19,577 bases of DNA from the NCBI GenBank assembly GCA_041489155.1, contig JBGPQP010000016.1:1-19577 (forward strand), written 5' to 3'. A program made the position numbers and the translations under genes. Below, one piece after another: positions 1-8,539 of this stretch (positions are counted from its first letter, which is position 1; each line of letters starts with the position of its first letter). The notes under the pieces are model-generated. The model was not told where the DNA came from and ran no database searches. It saw only the letters and a program-made list of their open reading frames with translations. Origin of the DNA: Candidatus Aenigmatarchaeota archaeon (GTDB lineage: Archaea; Aenigmatarchaeota; Aenigmatarchaeia; QMZP01; QMZT01).

Positions 1-2
1 AG

Positions 3-317
3 AACATCCACATAGGGCCGAGCGACTACGTCCCTTGGCAGAACGACAACAAAGTCTGCTTCATTCGCATTGAAGGCAGGAAGTTCGGCGATGTTCCGAT
101 AGAGCTCGAGCTGCGCCTGTCCGTCGAGGATTCGCCGAATTCCGCTGGCATCGTGATAGACGCGGTTCGCTGCGCTAAGCTGGCAAAGGACAGGGAAATC
201 GGCGGCCCATTACTCTCGTCATCGGCGTATTTCATGAAGCATCCGCCGCAGCAGTTCCCCGATTCCGTAGCGAAGCAGATGGTAGAAGAATTTATTAAGG
301 GCGAGAGAGAAAGATAA
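3..317 (+). CDS. ino1: myo-inositol-1-phosphate synthase, C-terminal part (5' truncated by window edge)
   Basis: Not in the ORF track. Manual translation from base 3: [85 protein letters not shown]...[19 protein letters not shown] and YFMKxPP are hallmark motifs of archaeal/actinobacterial MIPS. Stop TAA at 315-317. Confidence 0.95.
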   Translation, partial: NIHIGPSDYVPWQNDNKVCFIRIEGRKFGDVPIELELRLSVEDSPNSAGIVIDAVRCAKLAKDREIGGPLLSSSAYFMKHPPQQFPDSVAKQMVEEFIKGERER

Positions 318-341
318 ATTATAACGGGAGCTTGGGATTGG

Positions 342-953
342 ATGGTCCTTTACAAGAACAGGAACTGGTTCAAAAACCTGTCGATAAAGATAGGCATAAT
401 ATTCTCCAAAACCGGTCTTTCTCCGAACCAGTGGACGCTGCTTGTGATAATTCCGACCATAATATCCCTTTACTACCTGCTGCAGCAGAGATTCCTGCTG
501 GCAGCGGCTTTCCTGCTCGTTTCAGCGTTCCTAGACTTCGTCGACGGCTCCGTAGCGAGGGTCATGGGCAAGGTAACCAAGTTTGGCGCGTATCTGGACA
601 CGATAATGGACAGATATGTTGAAGCAGTGATAATCCTAGGCCTCTTGTTCTGCGGTCTTCCAGCGTTTTTCCTGCCTGCTGCGGCTTGGCTGTTCATATT
701 TTTCTTCGGCTCGATGATGACGACGTACGCTAAGGCCGCTGCAAAAGAGAAAGAGCTGACTGAAAAGGAGTTGACAGGCGGCCTGCTGGAGCGCGGCGAG
801 CGCATTATAATCCTTTTCGCAGGCATCCTTCTGGGCGCCTACAACCTCAATTACCTGGTCTACATAATCGTTATGCTCGCGGTCCTGACGAACGTGACCG
901 CACTGCAGAGAATTGTTCTGGCATCAAGAGAAGCCGCCGTGAAAAACCAGTAA
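342..953 (+). CDS. CDP-alcohol phosphatidyltransferase, probable archaetidylinositol-phosphate synthase
   Basis: Signature DxxDGxxAR...GxxxDxxxD (DFVDGSVAR...GAYLDTIMDRY), N-terminal SPN motif, GLLERGER motif and multiple TM helices. Directly downstream of ino1. Confidence 0.9.
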   Translation: MVLYKNRNWFKNLSIKIGIIFSKTGLSPNQWTLLVIIPTIISLYYLLQQRFLLAAAFLLVSAFLDFVDGSVARVMGKVTKFGAYLDTIMDRYVEAVIILGLLFCGLPAFFLPAAAWLFIFFFGSMMTTYAKAAAKEKELTEKELTGGLLERGERIIILFAGILLGAYNLNYLVYIIVMLAVLTNVTALQRIVLASREAAVKNQ

Positions 954-957
954 AGCA

Positions 958-964
958 TTTAAAG
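958..964 (+). promoter_or_regulatory. TATA-box-like element for the leaderless ORF at 985
   Basis: TTTAAAG about 21-27 nt upstream of ATG 985. Confidence 0.4.
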
Positions 965-984
965 TTTTTTGACAATTTCAGTTA

Positions 985-1206
985 ATGCTAAGAATACCAG
1001 TAGAGGTTTACGTAATAGCCAAGGAAAAAGTACCATTTGGTGTAGTGAGCGTATTTTACGTGCCCACAGGCCATAATTTAAGCGATGTAAGCCCCATTCA
1101 GGCAACTTACCCGCTGGATGTGTTTCCTTCGGCTGACAAGCTAGAGACTGGCATGAGAAAAATGATAACTGTACACGAAGAAGATCTTAGAAAGCTGCAG
1201 TTATAA
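985..1206 (+). CDS. hypothetical protein, 73 aa (orphan)
   Basis: Fills the gap between two real genes and has an upstream TATA-like box. More AT-rich than its neighbours. No recognisable motif. Confidence 0.55.
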   Translation: MLRIPVEVYVIAKEKVPFGVVSVFYVPTGHNLSDVSPIQATYPLDVFPSADKLETGMRKMITVHEEDLRKLQL

Positions 1207-1209
1207 TTT

Positions 1210-1923
1210 TCAGATCTTTCTTATCCTGCCCGGGCTCGGTTCATAACAGATGCCGTCATTAAGCAGTTCGTCGACCGCAGCCTCGATTTCCGCGCCTTTC
1301 GCCTTCACCCTTTTTACGAGGTCCGAATAAACCACGCCGTCCTTCTGCGAGCCGATTATGTCCAGAAGCTGCTTCTTGAGCGCGTTCTTTTCCTTGCCCT
1401 TCTTCTCCGCGATGAACATGTCTATCCACTGCGACTCGAGGCCATGTTTCTCGACGAGTTCTTTGCGCAGCTCTTCGGGATCGCTGTCCTTGTGCTTTTC
1501 AATCAGTTCCTTTGTCTTCTTTATCCCCATCTCTTTGTATGCAAGCTCGAGCCTTCGCATGATCTCGAAGTTGGGGTCGCTGACTTTGCCCACGACCTCT
1601 GGCATCACATACACCTCGCCCTGGTATTCACGGACCTTGCCTATCACGTCGACTATGTCGCCAACGGTAACCGTGTCGAGCGGCTTGACGGTCTTGAAGA
1701 TCTTGACGCGTATGGTGTCGCTGCCGTCATCCAGCGTTATTGCAGCGTAATTGCCGTCTTCGGCAACGAATTTCGCGACAACCGTGCCCATCAGCCTCGC
1801 GCGGGAAATCTCCTCGCCAAGCTGCGTTTTTACCACGCTGGGCTCGAAGCCCTCTTTCTTTACGTACGTACCGTTAACCAGATCCCACACGCGGACTTTC
1901 TTGGCCGTTTGCCTCGCTATCAT
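1210..1923 (-). CDS. RPA32-like / RPA-associated OB-fold ssDNA-binding protein with C-terminal winged helix
   Basis: N-terminal RQTAKKV, then an OB fold (RARLMGTVV...ITLDDGSDTIRVK...GDIVDVIGKVREYQGE), then a C-terminal wHTH ending LLNDGICYEPSPGRIRKI. This is the typical archaeal RPA32/COG3390 architecture. Confidence 0.85.
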   Translation of the reverse strand: MIARQTAKKVRVWDLVNGTYVKKEGFEPSVVKTQLGEEISRARLMGTVVAKFVAEDGNYAAITLDDGSDTIRVKIFKTVKPLDTVTVGDIVDVIGKVREYQGEVYVMPEVVGKVSDPNFEIMRRLELAYKEMGIKKTKELIEKHKDSDPEELRKELVEKHGLESQWIDMFIAEKKGKEKNALKKQLLDIIGSQKDGVVYSDLVKRVKAKGAEIEAAVDELLNDGICYEPSPGRIRKI

Positions 1924-2004
1924 GCGAAACCCCCATCCTCAATTGAATGTGTTTATTTTTTGTAGTTAAGATATAAAAACAACGTTTAAACGAGATGTCC
2001 AGCT

Positions 2005-2247
2005 CTATATGATCTTCTGGCTGAACAGGAGCGAGACGACGAAGAGTATCACGGCAACAGCTATGACGACGTAAAGCAGCGGCTTGTCGTTGGCGAAGCC
2101 GAAAGAGATCGGTCCTATGAAGCCGCCGACGGCGACTTTTGCGCCGGTTTTGCCGTCGCCGGCGCCCAGAAGGGAACCTATGATTATGATGAAAATGCCT
2201 ATGAAGACAACCGCGACACCGATTAATATAAGCTGTTCCATACGCAT
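2005..2247 (-). CDS. small two-TM membrane protein, DUF131/TIGR00304-like
   Basis: TM helix, then GGFIGPISFGF (cf. the family GGxxxIGPIPIxFG motif), then a second TM helix. Alternative start at 2241. Confidence 0.75.
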   Translation of the reverse strand: MRMEQLILIGVAVVFIGIFIIIIGSLLGAGDGKTGAKVAVGGFIGPISFGFANDKPLLYVVIAVAVILFVVSLLFSQKII

Positions 2248-2250
2248 TCC

Positions 2251-2988
2251 CTACTTTCCGTATCTCCTTTCCCTGTTCCTGAATTCTTCCATTATCCTGT
2301 CGAATTCCCTCGTGGTGAAATCGGGCCACAGCGTGTCGCTGAAGAAGAGTTCTGCGTATTCCGCCTGGTAGAGCATGAAGCCTGAGAGGCGCTTCTCGCC
2401 TCCTGTGCGTATTATCAGGTCAAGCGGCTTCGGTATCATAAGGAACCTCTCGAATACCCTTTCCGAGATGTTTTTCAGGTTGGCAGGCATCGACCTGTCG
2501 TTTATTTTCTTCGCGAGGCTGAGCGCGGCGGCGATGATTTCGAACTTGCCGCCGTATCCAAGGCCTATGTTGAGCCTGAGCCTGTCGTAGCCTTTCGTGA
2601 GCTCTATCGACTGTTTTATCGCCCCGGCGAGCGACTGCGGGATTTCGTCGAACTTGCTGCCGAAAACGTTTACTCTCACCCTTTCATTGTGCACCAGTTT
2701 CTTTATACGCGAGTTCTTGTTGAATTGCTCGATATTCTCTTCGATAAGATCCTCTATTAGCCTGAAGACCCTCTGCTTGTCCTTGTCGTTCCTTTTGAAG
2801 TTCTCGGTTGACATCGCCCAGACCGTGACCTCGGTTATTTCCGGGTGCTTTTTCCAGATGTGCCTGAGGATTTCCTTGATCCCGTTCCCCGATTCCTTCC
2901 CATCCCAGTCCGTGGGCTTGCCGTGCGCCTTCCCCCAGCGCCTGCTGCCGTCAGGTATAATGCCTATGTGGAGGCCCTTCCTTGCCAT
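2251..2988 (-). CDS. uppS: cis-prenyltransferase (UppS family), divergent paralog
   Basis: GIIPDGSRRW, WAMSTENFKR, YGGK, DLIIRTGGEKRLSGF...QxxYAELFF..WPDF and C-terminal RRYGK. ATG 2988 is preferred over GTG 3006 because TTTTTTAAG (3017-3009, minus strand) sits at TATA distance from it. Confidence 0.9.
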   Translation of the reverse strand: MARKGLHIGIIPDGSRRWGKAHGKPTDWDGKESGNGIKEILRHIWKKHPEITEVTVWAMSTENFKRNDKDKQRVFRLIEDLIEENIEQFNKNSRIKKLVHNERVRVNVFGSKFDEIPQSLAGAIKQSIELTKGYDRLRLNIGLGYGGKFEIIAAALSLAKKINDRSMPANLKNISERVFERFLMIPKPLDLIIRTGGEKRLSGFMLYQAEYAELFFSDTLWPDFTTREFDRIMEEFRNRERRYGK

Positions 2989-3044
2989 AGTTTTGTTTTG
3001 TATCACATCTTAAAAAAGAAATTGCGGGGTTCGATTCCTGGCGG

Positions 3045-3758
3045 TTATTTACCGAATCTGCGCTGGCGCTGGCCGTATTCTTCTATCGCCGCGATAAGGT
3101 CTTCCTTTTCGAATTCCGGCCACAGCTTTTCCACGAAAACCAGCTCTGAATAAGTTGCCTGGAACGGGAGGAAATTCGACATCCGCTTTTCCCCGCCCGT
3201 CCTTATTATCATGTCGGGGTCCGGGAAGCCGTTGGTCCAGAAATTCGCCCGCAGCACGGCCTCGTTTATCTCCTCGGGTTTTAGCCTTCCCTCGCTCGCG
3301 TCAGCCGCGATTTTCTTGACTGCCTCCACGATTTCCTGCCTGCCGCCGTACGCCATGGCCAGGTTGAGGAAGGTATCCGAATAATTTTTAGTCTTGTTCA
3401 TCGCCGTCTTTATCAGTTCCTGTATGTCTTCGGGAAGCAGGTCGAGCCTGCCGAAAAACCTCACTCTGGTCCTGTTCTTGTGCACCGGATGGTTCCTGTT
3501 TTTTATCAAATCGCTTACTTCTTTCCTGGTCAAATCGTAAATGTATTTCAGCTCCCTTTTCGGCCGTTTTTCGATGTTTTCAAGGGAAAGGAGATAAACG
3601 GTCACTACCCTGACTCCCAGCTCCTTTGCCCAGTCCATCACTATTCTTATCTTGCCGACGCCCCATTCATGGCCTTTCCACGGCTGCTTCATGAGCCTTC
3701 TGGCGAGCCGCCTGTTGCCGTCAGGAATTATGCCTACGTGCTGGGGGATTTGCAACAT
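3045..3758 (-). CDS. uppS: cis-prenyltransferase (polyprenyl/undecaprenyl diphosphate synthase), canonical paralog
   Basis: PQHVGIIPDGNRR, GHEWG, YLLSLENIEKR, YGGRQEI, PDMIIRTGGEKRMSNFLPFQ, WPEF and C-terminal RRFGK. Confidence 0.95.
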   Translation of the reverse strand: MLQIPQHVGIIPDGNRRLARRLMKQPWKGHEWGVGKIRIVMDWAKELGVRVVTVYLLSLENIEKRPKRELKYIYDLTRKEVSDLIKNRNHPVHKNRTRVRFFGRLDLLPEDIQELIKTAMNKTKNYSDTFLNLAMAYGGRQEIVEAVKKIAADASEGRLKPEEINEAVLRANFWTNGFPDPDMIIRTGGEKRMSNFLPFQATYSELVFVEKLWPEFEKEDLIAAIEEYGQRQRRFGK

Positions 3759-3863
3759 AAAAACTTGCCTGTCTGAATCATATTTTCGGGTTTATAAGAA
3801 TAATGGTTAGATATAAATAAATATTTGCAAAAGAAGCCTTTATCTGAGTTTTAACGGTGAACA

Positions 3864-4688
3864 ATGATGCAATTCGAGCTGCACTGCCATTCGTGTTATT
3901 CAGTGGGCACGAAAGTCCCTACGGAAGGGATACCCAAGCCCGAAGAAATCATAAAGAGAGCGAAGGCAATAGGCCTCGCTGGTATAGCCATAACGGACCA
4001 CCGCACGACGAAGGCGTGGCCTGCCGCCGCCAAAGAGGCGAAGAGGCAAGGCGTGATATTCATCCCGGGCGTTGAGCTGCAGACGGATGCAGGGCATCTG
4101 ATAGCGCTGGGCATAAACGAGCCTGTCCCGAATCTTTTGTCAGTCGAGGAATCAGTCGAAAGAATCCACCGGCAGGGCGGCATCGCAGTCGCCCCGCATC
4201 CCTTCGACATAAAGGGCGATGGCATCGGAGGCCTTGGGATATACGCCGACGCCATCGAAGTCTTCAATTCGCTCAGCATCGAAAAGGTGAACAACCGCTT
4301 CGCCCTGTCGAGATTCGGTCACAAGCGCATTGCGAAGGTCGTGGGATCGGATGCGCATACGCTCGGCATGATAGGCCTTTCCGTGAATATCATGGACGCA
4401 TACGATGTCGATTCAGTTCTGAAATGCATACTGAAAGGCAAGGTGAGCTATGCAGCGAGATACGTGCCCATGGACGAGCTCATGTCATGGGTAAGGCTGC
4501 GCCTGTCCGGCTCGCAGGCAGAGGTTCTGCAGTACGCCAGCCTCAACTACTCGCCTCCAAAGCGCTGGCTTTACACCAAGATGCTCAAGAAGTTTCTCTC
4601 CACCAGCGACAGACCATGGCGCGTGCTGGCGGAAATGAGCCTCTGCGCGGTCAGGGGTTATGGCGTCCTGAAAATCATATCCTACTAA
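3864..4688 (+). CDS. PHP-domain metal-dependent phosphoesterase with C-terminal extension
   Basis: LHCHS.YS, GIAITDH, IPGVE, GHL, AVAPHPF, DAIEVFN and GSDAH form the full set of PHP metal-ligand motifs. Confidence 0.9.
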   Translation: MMQFELHCHSCYSVGTKVPTEGIPKPEEIIKRAKAIGLAGIAITDHRTTKAWPAAAKEAKRQGVIFIPGVELQTDAGHLIALGINEPVPNLLSVEESVERIHRQGGIAVAPHPFDIKGDGIGGLGIYADAIEVFNSLSIEKVNNRFALSRFGHKRIAKVVGSDAHTLGMIGLSVNIMDAYDVDSVLKCILKGKVSYAARYVPMDELMSWVRLRLSGSQAEVLQYASLNYSPPKRWLYTKMLKKFLSTSDRPWRVLAEMSLCAVRGYGVLKIISY

Positions 4689-4777
4689 CCCTTATTATTA
4701 GGCCTAACCTAACATAAAATATGGCTAAAAGCATATCTTCGAGAAAGAATCATTAAATAAGAGATGGTGCCTAGGAC

Positions 4778-7700
4778 ATGAGCAAAAAAGCTTTGATGGC
4801 AATTGTGCTGATTCCGCTATTTTTATTTTTATTTTCTGCTAGCTATGCCGGTGCGGTCGAGATATGCGAGTCCTGCGATGATGTCGAGGACGTGTTCAAC
4901 TCTTATTCTATCTCATGGCTGGGCAATGTCAGACTCGGCGCTACCAACACCATCACTTTGAGCGGCCACCAGAGCCATGGCATAAAGTCCTTGTTAGTCT
5001 CATGCGAGATGCCGTGCGGCAAGCTGGGCGAAAAATGCTGCTATGACGGAGTGGTTAGCGCATTCGTCTGCGATTACAACTACCTCAAATGCACTGCGCA
5101 GGACGAAAGCGGCATATGCGCTTACACCTGCAACCCCGGAGAAACGACGCAGTGCTTCACCTACAGAAACGGCGAAACCATATACGGCGAAGACGCGGTA
5201 ACAACAGGAGCCTGCGCCCCGGGCACTGCGGCCTGCGTTGACCATCTGTGGGGGCCCTGCGAAAACCAGGTAGGGCCTTTCCAGGAGATATGCAACGGCA
5301 TCGATGACGACTGCGACGGCAAGATAGACAACCAGTGGACAGACGACTCTTATCCCATATACACCTATTGCTGCGAAGACGGATACGAATGCGGGGAATG
5401 CGGCATGGGCATGAAATACTGCTTTAACGGCAACTGGCAGGATGACAGCCAGTGCACGAGCATGGCATACGCTTCGCCGGAGCTTTGCAATGGCCTTGAC
5501 GACGACTGCGACGGGGTGATAGATGACGTGGGCAATGGCGCTTCTGTGGAAGAAACGAAATGTGCCTGCTATAACGGAAACGCAAATAAAATAGAGACAT
5601 GCAACGGCCTTGACGACGACTGCAACGAGGTGATAGATGATGTTTATGACGTCTCTACGTGCGCCTGCTACAACGGCGCACACACACCCGGCGAGCTGAC
5701 GGAAAGCTGCAACTCCAAAGACGACGACTGCAACGGGGTGATAGACGACCAGTGGATTGGAACATTGGGCTGGGATTGGCCTTACTATGTCGAATACTGC
5801 GGCATGGGTACGCCGTGCGAGGGAGGTTATTGGAAATGCAATGCGGCCAAAAACGGCGTCGTCTGCTCAACCATAGGCGGCAGCAACAATCTTGCCCAGA
5901 ACGAGACATGCGACAACATAGACAATGACTGCGATAACAGCGTTGATGAGGGCTGCGCCTGCGCACCAGGCAACTGGACCTACTGCGGCTTGAATGTTGG
6001 CGAATGCGTACAGGGGCTGCAGGAGTGCGTTTCTGGTGCATGGAGCACCCAATGCATAAATTACAAAGGCCCGGAAAACGAAATATGCGACGGCAGTGAC
6101 AACGACTGCGACAACATAACAGACAACGTGAACGGCGGCAACTCGACCATTTCTACCAAATGCAGATGCTACAACAAGGGCACACCATCGGCAGAGACCT
6201 GCAACGGCATAGACGACGACTGTAACGGCAGGGTTGACGACGTTGGCAGCGGGACTTCAGTGGATTCCTCGCATTGCAGATGCTATGGAGGCATAGTTAA
6301 ACCAGGAGAAAAAAGCGAGACATGCAATAATATAGACGACGACTGCGACGGCAAGATAGACGAAGAATGGGCCAATCTGGGCAAAGACTGCGGTACCGGC
6401 ATATGCTCTGGAGGGAAGTTTGTTTGCTCCATCAGCGGCAATTACACCGTCTGCTCCACCATGAGCAGCTACGGCATGATGAATGCGACGGACAAGACAA
6501 AGCTCGAGGTCTGCAACGGCATAGACGACGACTGCAACGGCATCGTGGATGACATAGGTGGCATGCAGTCGGTGGAAGACACGAAATGCGGCTGCTACGG
6601 AGGGAAAGCCAAGGCCAGTGAGGCCTGCAACAAGATAGACGACGACTGCGATGAAGGAATAGACGAGGAGTTATTATGCCTGTGTTTTGACGGCCAGAAG
6701 AAGGCCTGCGGCTCGCCCATAGGCGAGTGCGAATTAGGCGAGGCAGAATGCACCGGCGGCGTGTGGGGCAGATGCACCGGAGGCAAAGGCCCTGCCGAAG
6801 AAACGTGCAACATGAAGGACGATGACTGTGACGGAGCGATGGACAATGTTGAAAACGGTTATTCCATAGAAGAAACCCGCTGCGGCTGTTACAACAATGG
6901 CAGGCCTTCCATCGAGAAATGCGACGGCATTGACAACGACTGCAACCAGGTTATAGACGACGACATAGACTGCAGGTGCAGTGAAGGCGAGGAGATGCAG
7001 TGCGGCTCCAACGTCGGAGAATGCACCCCTGGCATGAAGCAATGCATAGGAGGTGCCTGGGGAGCGTGCGCAGGAGGCGTGCTGCCGAAACCTGAAGAAT
7101 GCAACGGCAAGGACGACGACTGCAACGGCGTCGTTGACGACGTCGATGGTGGGAATTCCATAGGTTCTTCCAGATGTGCATGTTACAACAGATTTGCTAT
7201 GCCGTCATCCCAGGACGAGATATTCAACGGCATAGATGACGACTGCGACGGGAAAGTTGATGAGGGCTTCGGGAACGTAGAAGAGCCTTCTCACTGTCAT
7301 GACAACGTCAGGAACGGCGACGAGACTGGCGTCGATTGCGGAGGTTCGTGCAAGAAGGCCTGCCCGGTGATGCCTGCCGTTAACGTATGGATTATCATAT
7401 TCGCGGCGCTTGTGGCGGTCATAGCGATATTCGGTTTGTTCTTCAGCTCCTTCTGGAAGAAGGAGACAAAGTCGCTGTTCGAGAGGGGAAGGGGGAAACG
7501 CAAAATAATTTCCATAGTTTTGGTGGCGCTTTTGGTTGCAGTTTTGTTCGCTGAATATAACGTTAACAGATATTCAGGCTATGCTACTGTGAAGTTCGCT
7601 GGTTCTGAAGAAATGCCGAAAATAAACCAGCAATGGACGTGCGGCAACGGCTTTCAGGGCTGCACTGCGGTAAGCACGCAGGATATCTGCACCCCGGACC

Positions 7701-8539
7701 CCTACCTGCCCATGAACTACAACACCTACAACATCAACCTGCAGGCTCCCGCAGAGGGAAACTACAGCTGCGAGATACGCGTCGTTTCAAATCATTTCGA
7801 CTACAGCGGCACGCAGGAAAACGATGAAAGGACTGACGTTTACCTGAACGGCAAGCTCGTCGGCACGACGAGCGACCTGCGCTGCCCGCCCGGCGGGCGT
7901 AATATAGACGTAGACGTATGTGCTGTGGAGCCAGACTGTGTGTGTTCTGTTTTGCTGGATATCAGCATGTGCGAAAGCAAACATAGCGTAGAGACCTGTA
8001 ACGTCGAACCAAACTGCTGCTGGATGTATACTGACCAGGGAGAGAACGCGGATCGCGGCTGCGGCGGAGTTGGCTGCTGTGCAGGAAAAGGTGGCGTTGG
8101 ATCGCCTGATGAGTACATGGCTTCCGTGCGCCTTTGCTACTGGGACGGAAGCAAATCATGGTGTTTGAAAAAGGCATGCTCAAACGCTGACTGGCAGACA
8201 TACAAATGCGAGAATTACAATAACCAGAACGATTGCAACGATTACACCAAGCACGCCGGCCTTGTCTGCTGCTGGTACGGCGGCAAATGCCAGACCGATG
8301 TCTGCCCGAACTGGTACAGCTCAAGAGTTGACGGGAGATTTGCTTACGCCAAAGGACAGTGCGAGGGCACAGGATCAGACCCTTATGTGCTGCTTCCTGC
8401 CGGGGCATGCACATGGGACAGCGCCAATCCAGGAAGCGTATTCCCGTGCAGATGCGCTTCTGGCTTCAGCTCATACACAAATCCTGACACGTACGTCAAT
8501 GACAGAGGAAGCGAATGCGTTGTGACTGTGCTTAAATGA
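4778..8539 (+). CDS. large secreted/membrane-anchored Cys-rich protein with 14 ExCNGxDDDCDGxxD repeats (putative metal-binding, MopE-like motif)
   Basis: N-terminal signal peptide, 14 counted E-x-C-[ND]-x-x-D-[DN]-D-C-[DN]-x-x-x-D units, a DETGVDCGGSC motif, two internal TM helices and a second Cys-rich C-terminal module. GGTG SD-like sequence upstream. The true 3' end may be 8608 (see findings). Confidence 0.85.
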   Translation: MSKKALMAIVLIPLFLFLFSASYAGAVEICESCDDVEDVFNSYSISWLGNVRLGATNTITLSGHQSHGIKSLLVSCEMPCGKLGEKCCYDGVVSAFVCDYNYLKCTAQDESGICAYTCNPGETTQCFTYRNGETIYGEDAVTTGACAPGTAACVDHLWGPCENQVGPFQEICNGIDDDCDGKIDNQWTDDSYPIYTYCCEDGYECGECGMGMKYCFNGNWQDDSQCTSMAYASPELCNGLDDDCDGVIDDVGNGASVEETKCACYNGNANKIETCNGLDDDCNEVIDDVYDVSTCACYNGAHTPGELTESCNSKDDDCNGVIDDQWIGTLGWDWPYYVEYCGMGTPCEGGYWKCNAAKNGVVCSTIGGSNNLAQNETCDNIDNDCDNSVDEGCACAPGNWTYCGLNVGECVQGLQECVSGAWSTQCINYKGPENEICDGSDNDCDNITDNVNGGNSTISTKCRCYNKGTPSAETCNGIDDDCNGRVDDVGSGTSVDSSHCRCYGGIVKPGEKSETCNNIDDDCDGKIDEEWANLGKDCGTGICSGGKFVCSISGNYTVCSTMSSYGMMNATDKTKLEVCNGIDDDCNGIVDDIGGMQSVEDTKCGCYGGKAKASEACNKIDDDCDEGIDEELLCLCFDGQKKACGSPIGECELGEAECTGGVWGRCTGGKGPAEETCNMKDDDCDGAMDNVENGYSIEETRCGCYNNGRPSIEKCDGIDNDCNQVIDDDIDCRCSEGEEMQCGSNVGECTPGMKQCIGGAWGACAGGVLPKPEECNGKDDDCNGVVDDVDGGNSIGSSRCACYNRFAMPSSQDEIFNGIDDDCDGKVDEGFGNVEEPSHCHDNVRNGDETGVDCGGSCKKACPVMPAVNVWIIIFAALVAVIAIFGLFFSSFWKKETKSLFERGRGKRKIISIVLVALLVAVLFAEYNVNRYSGYATVKFAGSEEMPKINQQWTCGNGFQGCTAVSTQDICTPDPYLPMNYNTYNINLQAPAEGNYSCEIRVVSNHFDYSGTQENDERTDVYLNGKLVGTTSDLRCPPGGRNIDVDVCAVEPDCVCSVLLDISMCESKHSVETCNVEPNCCWMYTDQGENADRGCGGVGCCAGKGGVGSPDEYMASVRLCYWDGSKSWCLKKACSNADWQTYKCENYNNQNDCNDYTKHAGLVCCWYGGKCQTDVCPNWYSSRVDGRFAYAKGQCEGTGSDPYVLLPAGACTWDSANPGSVFPCRCASGFSSYTNPDTYVNDRGSECVVTVLK
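5285..7268 (+). repeat. intragenic coding repeats (TGCAACGGCATAGACGACGACTGC-like), 14 copies
   Basis: The GACGACGACTGC core recurs in frame. GACGACTGCGACGGCAAGATAGAC is identical near 5306 and 6338. Confidence 0.85.

Noticed and set aside
4698..4707. Palindrome TTAGGCCTAA between the PHP and Cys-rich genes
   Set aside because: A single 10-bp palindrome with no second copy noticed is insufficient to call an operator or terminator.
5285..7268. Recurrent 20-25 nt repeats resembling a CRISPR array or DGR template/variable repeats
   Set aside because: The repeats are in-frame codons for CNGxDDDC, vary at synonymous sites and are irregularly spaced. There is no cas or reverse-transcriptase gene and no adenine-specific variation pattern.
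8537..8539. UGA readthrough (selenocysteine) to the in-frame stop at 8608
   Set aside because: The in-frame readthrough (QLLRRRPNMHGR) is not Cys-module-like while the +1 frame is, and no SECIS-like element was recognised. Frameshifts explain it better.
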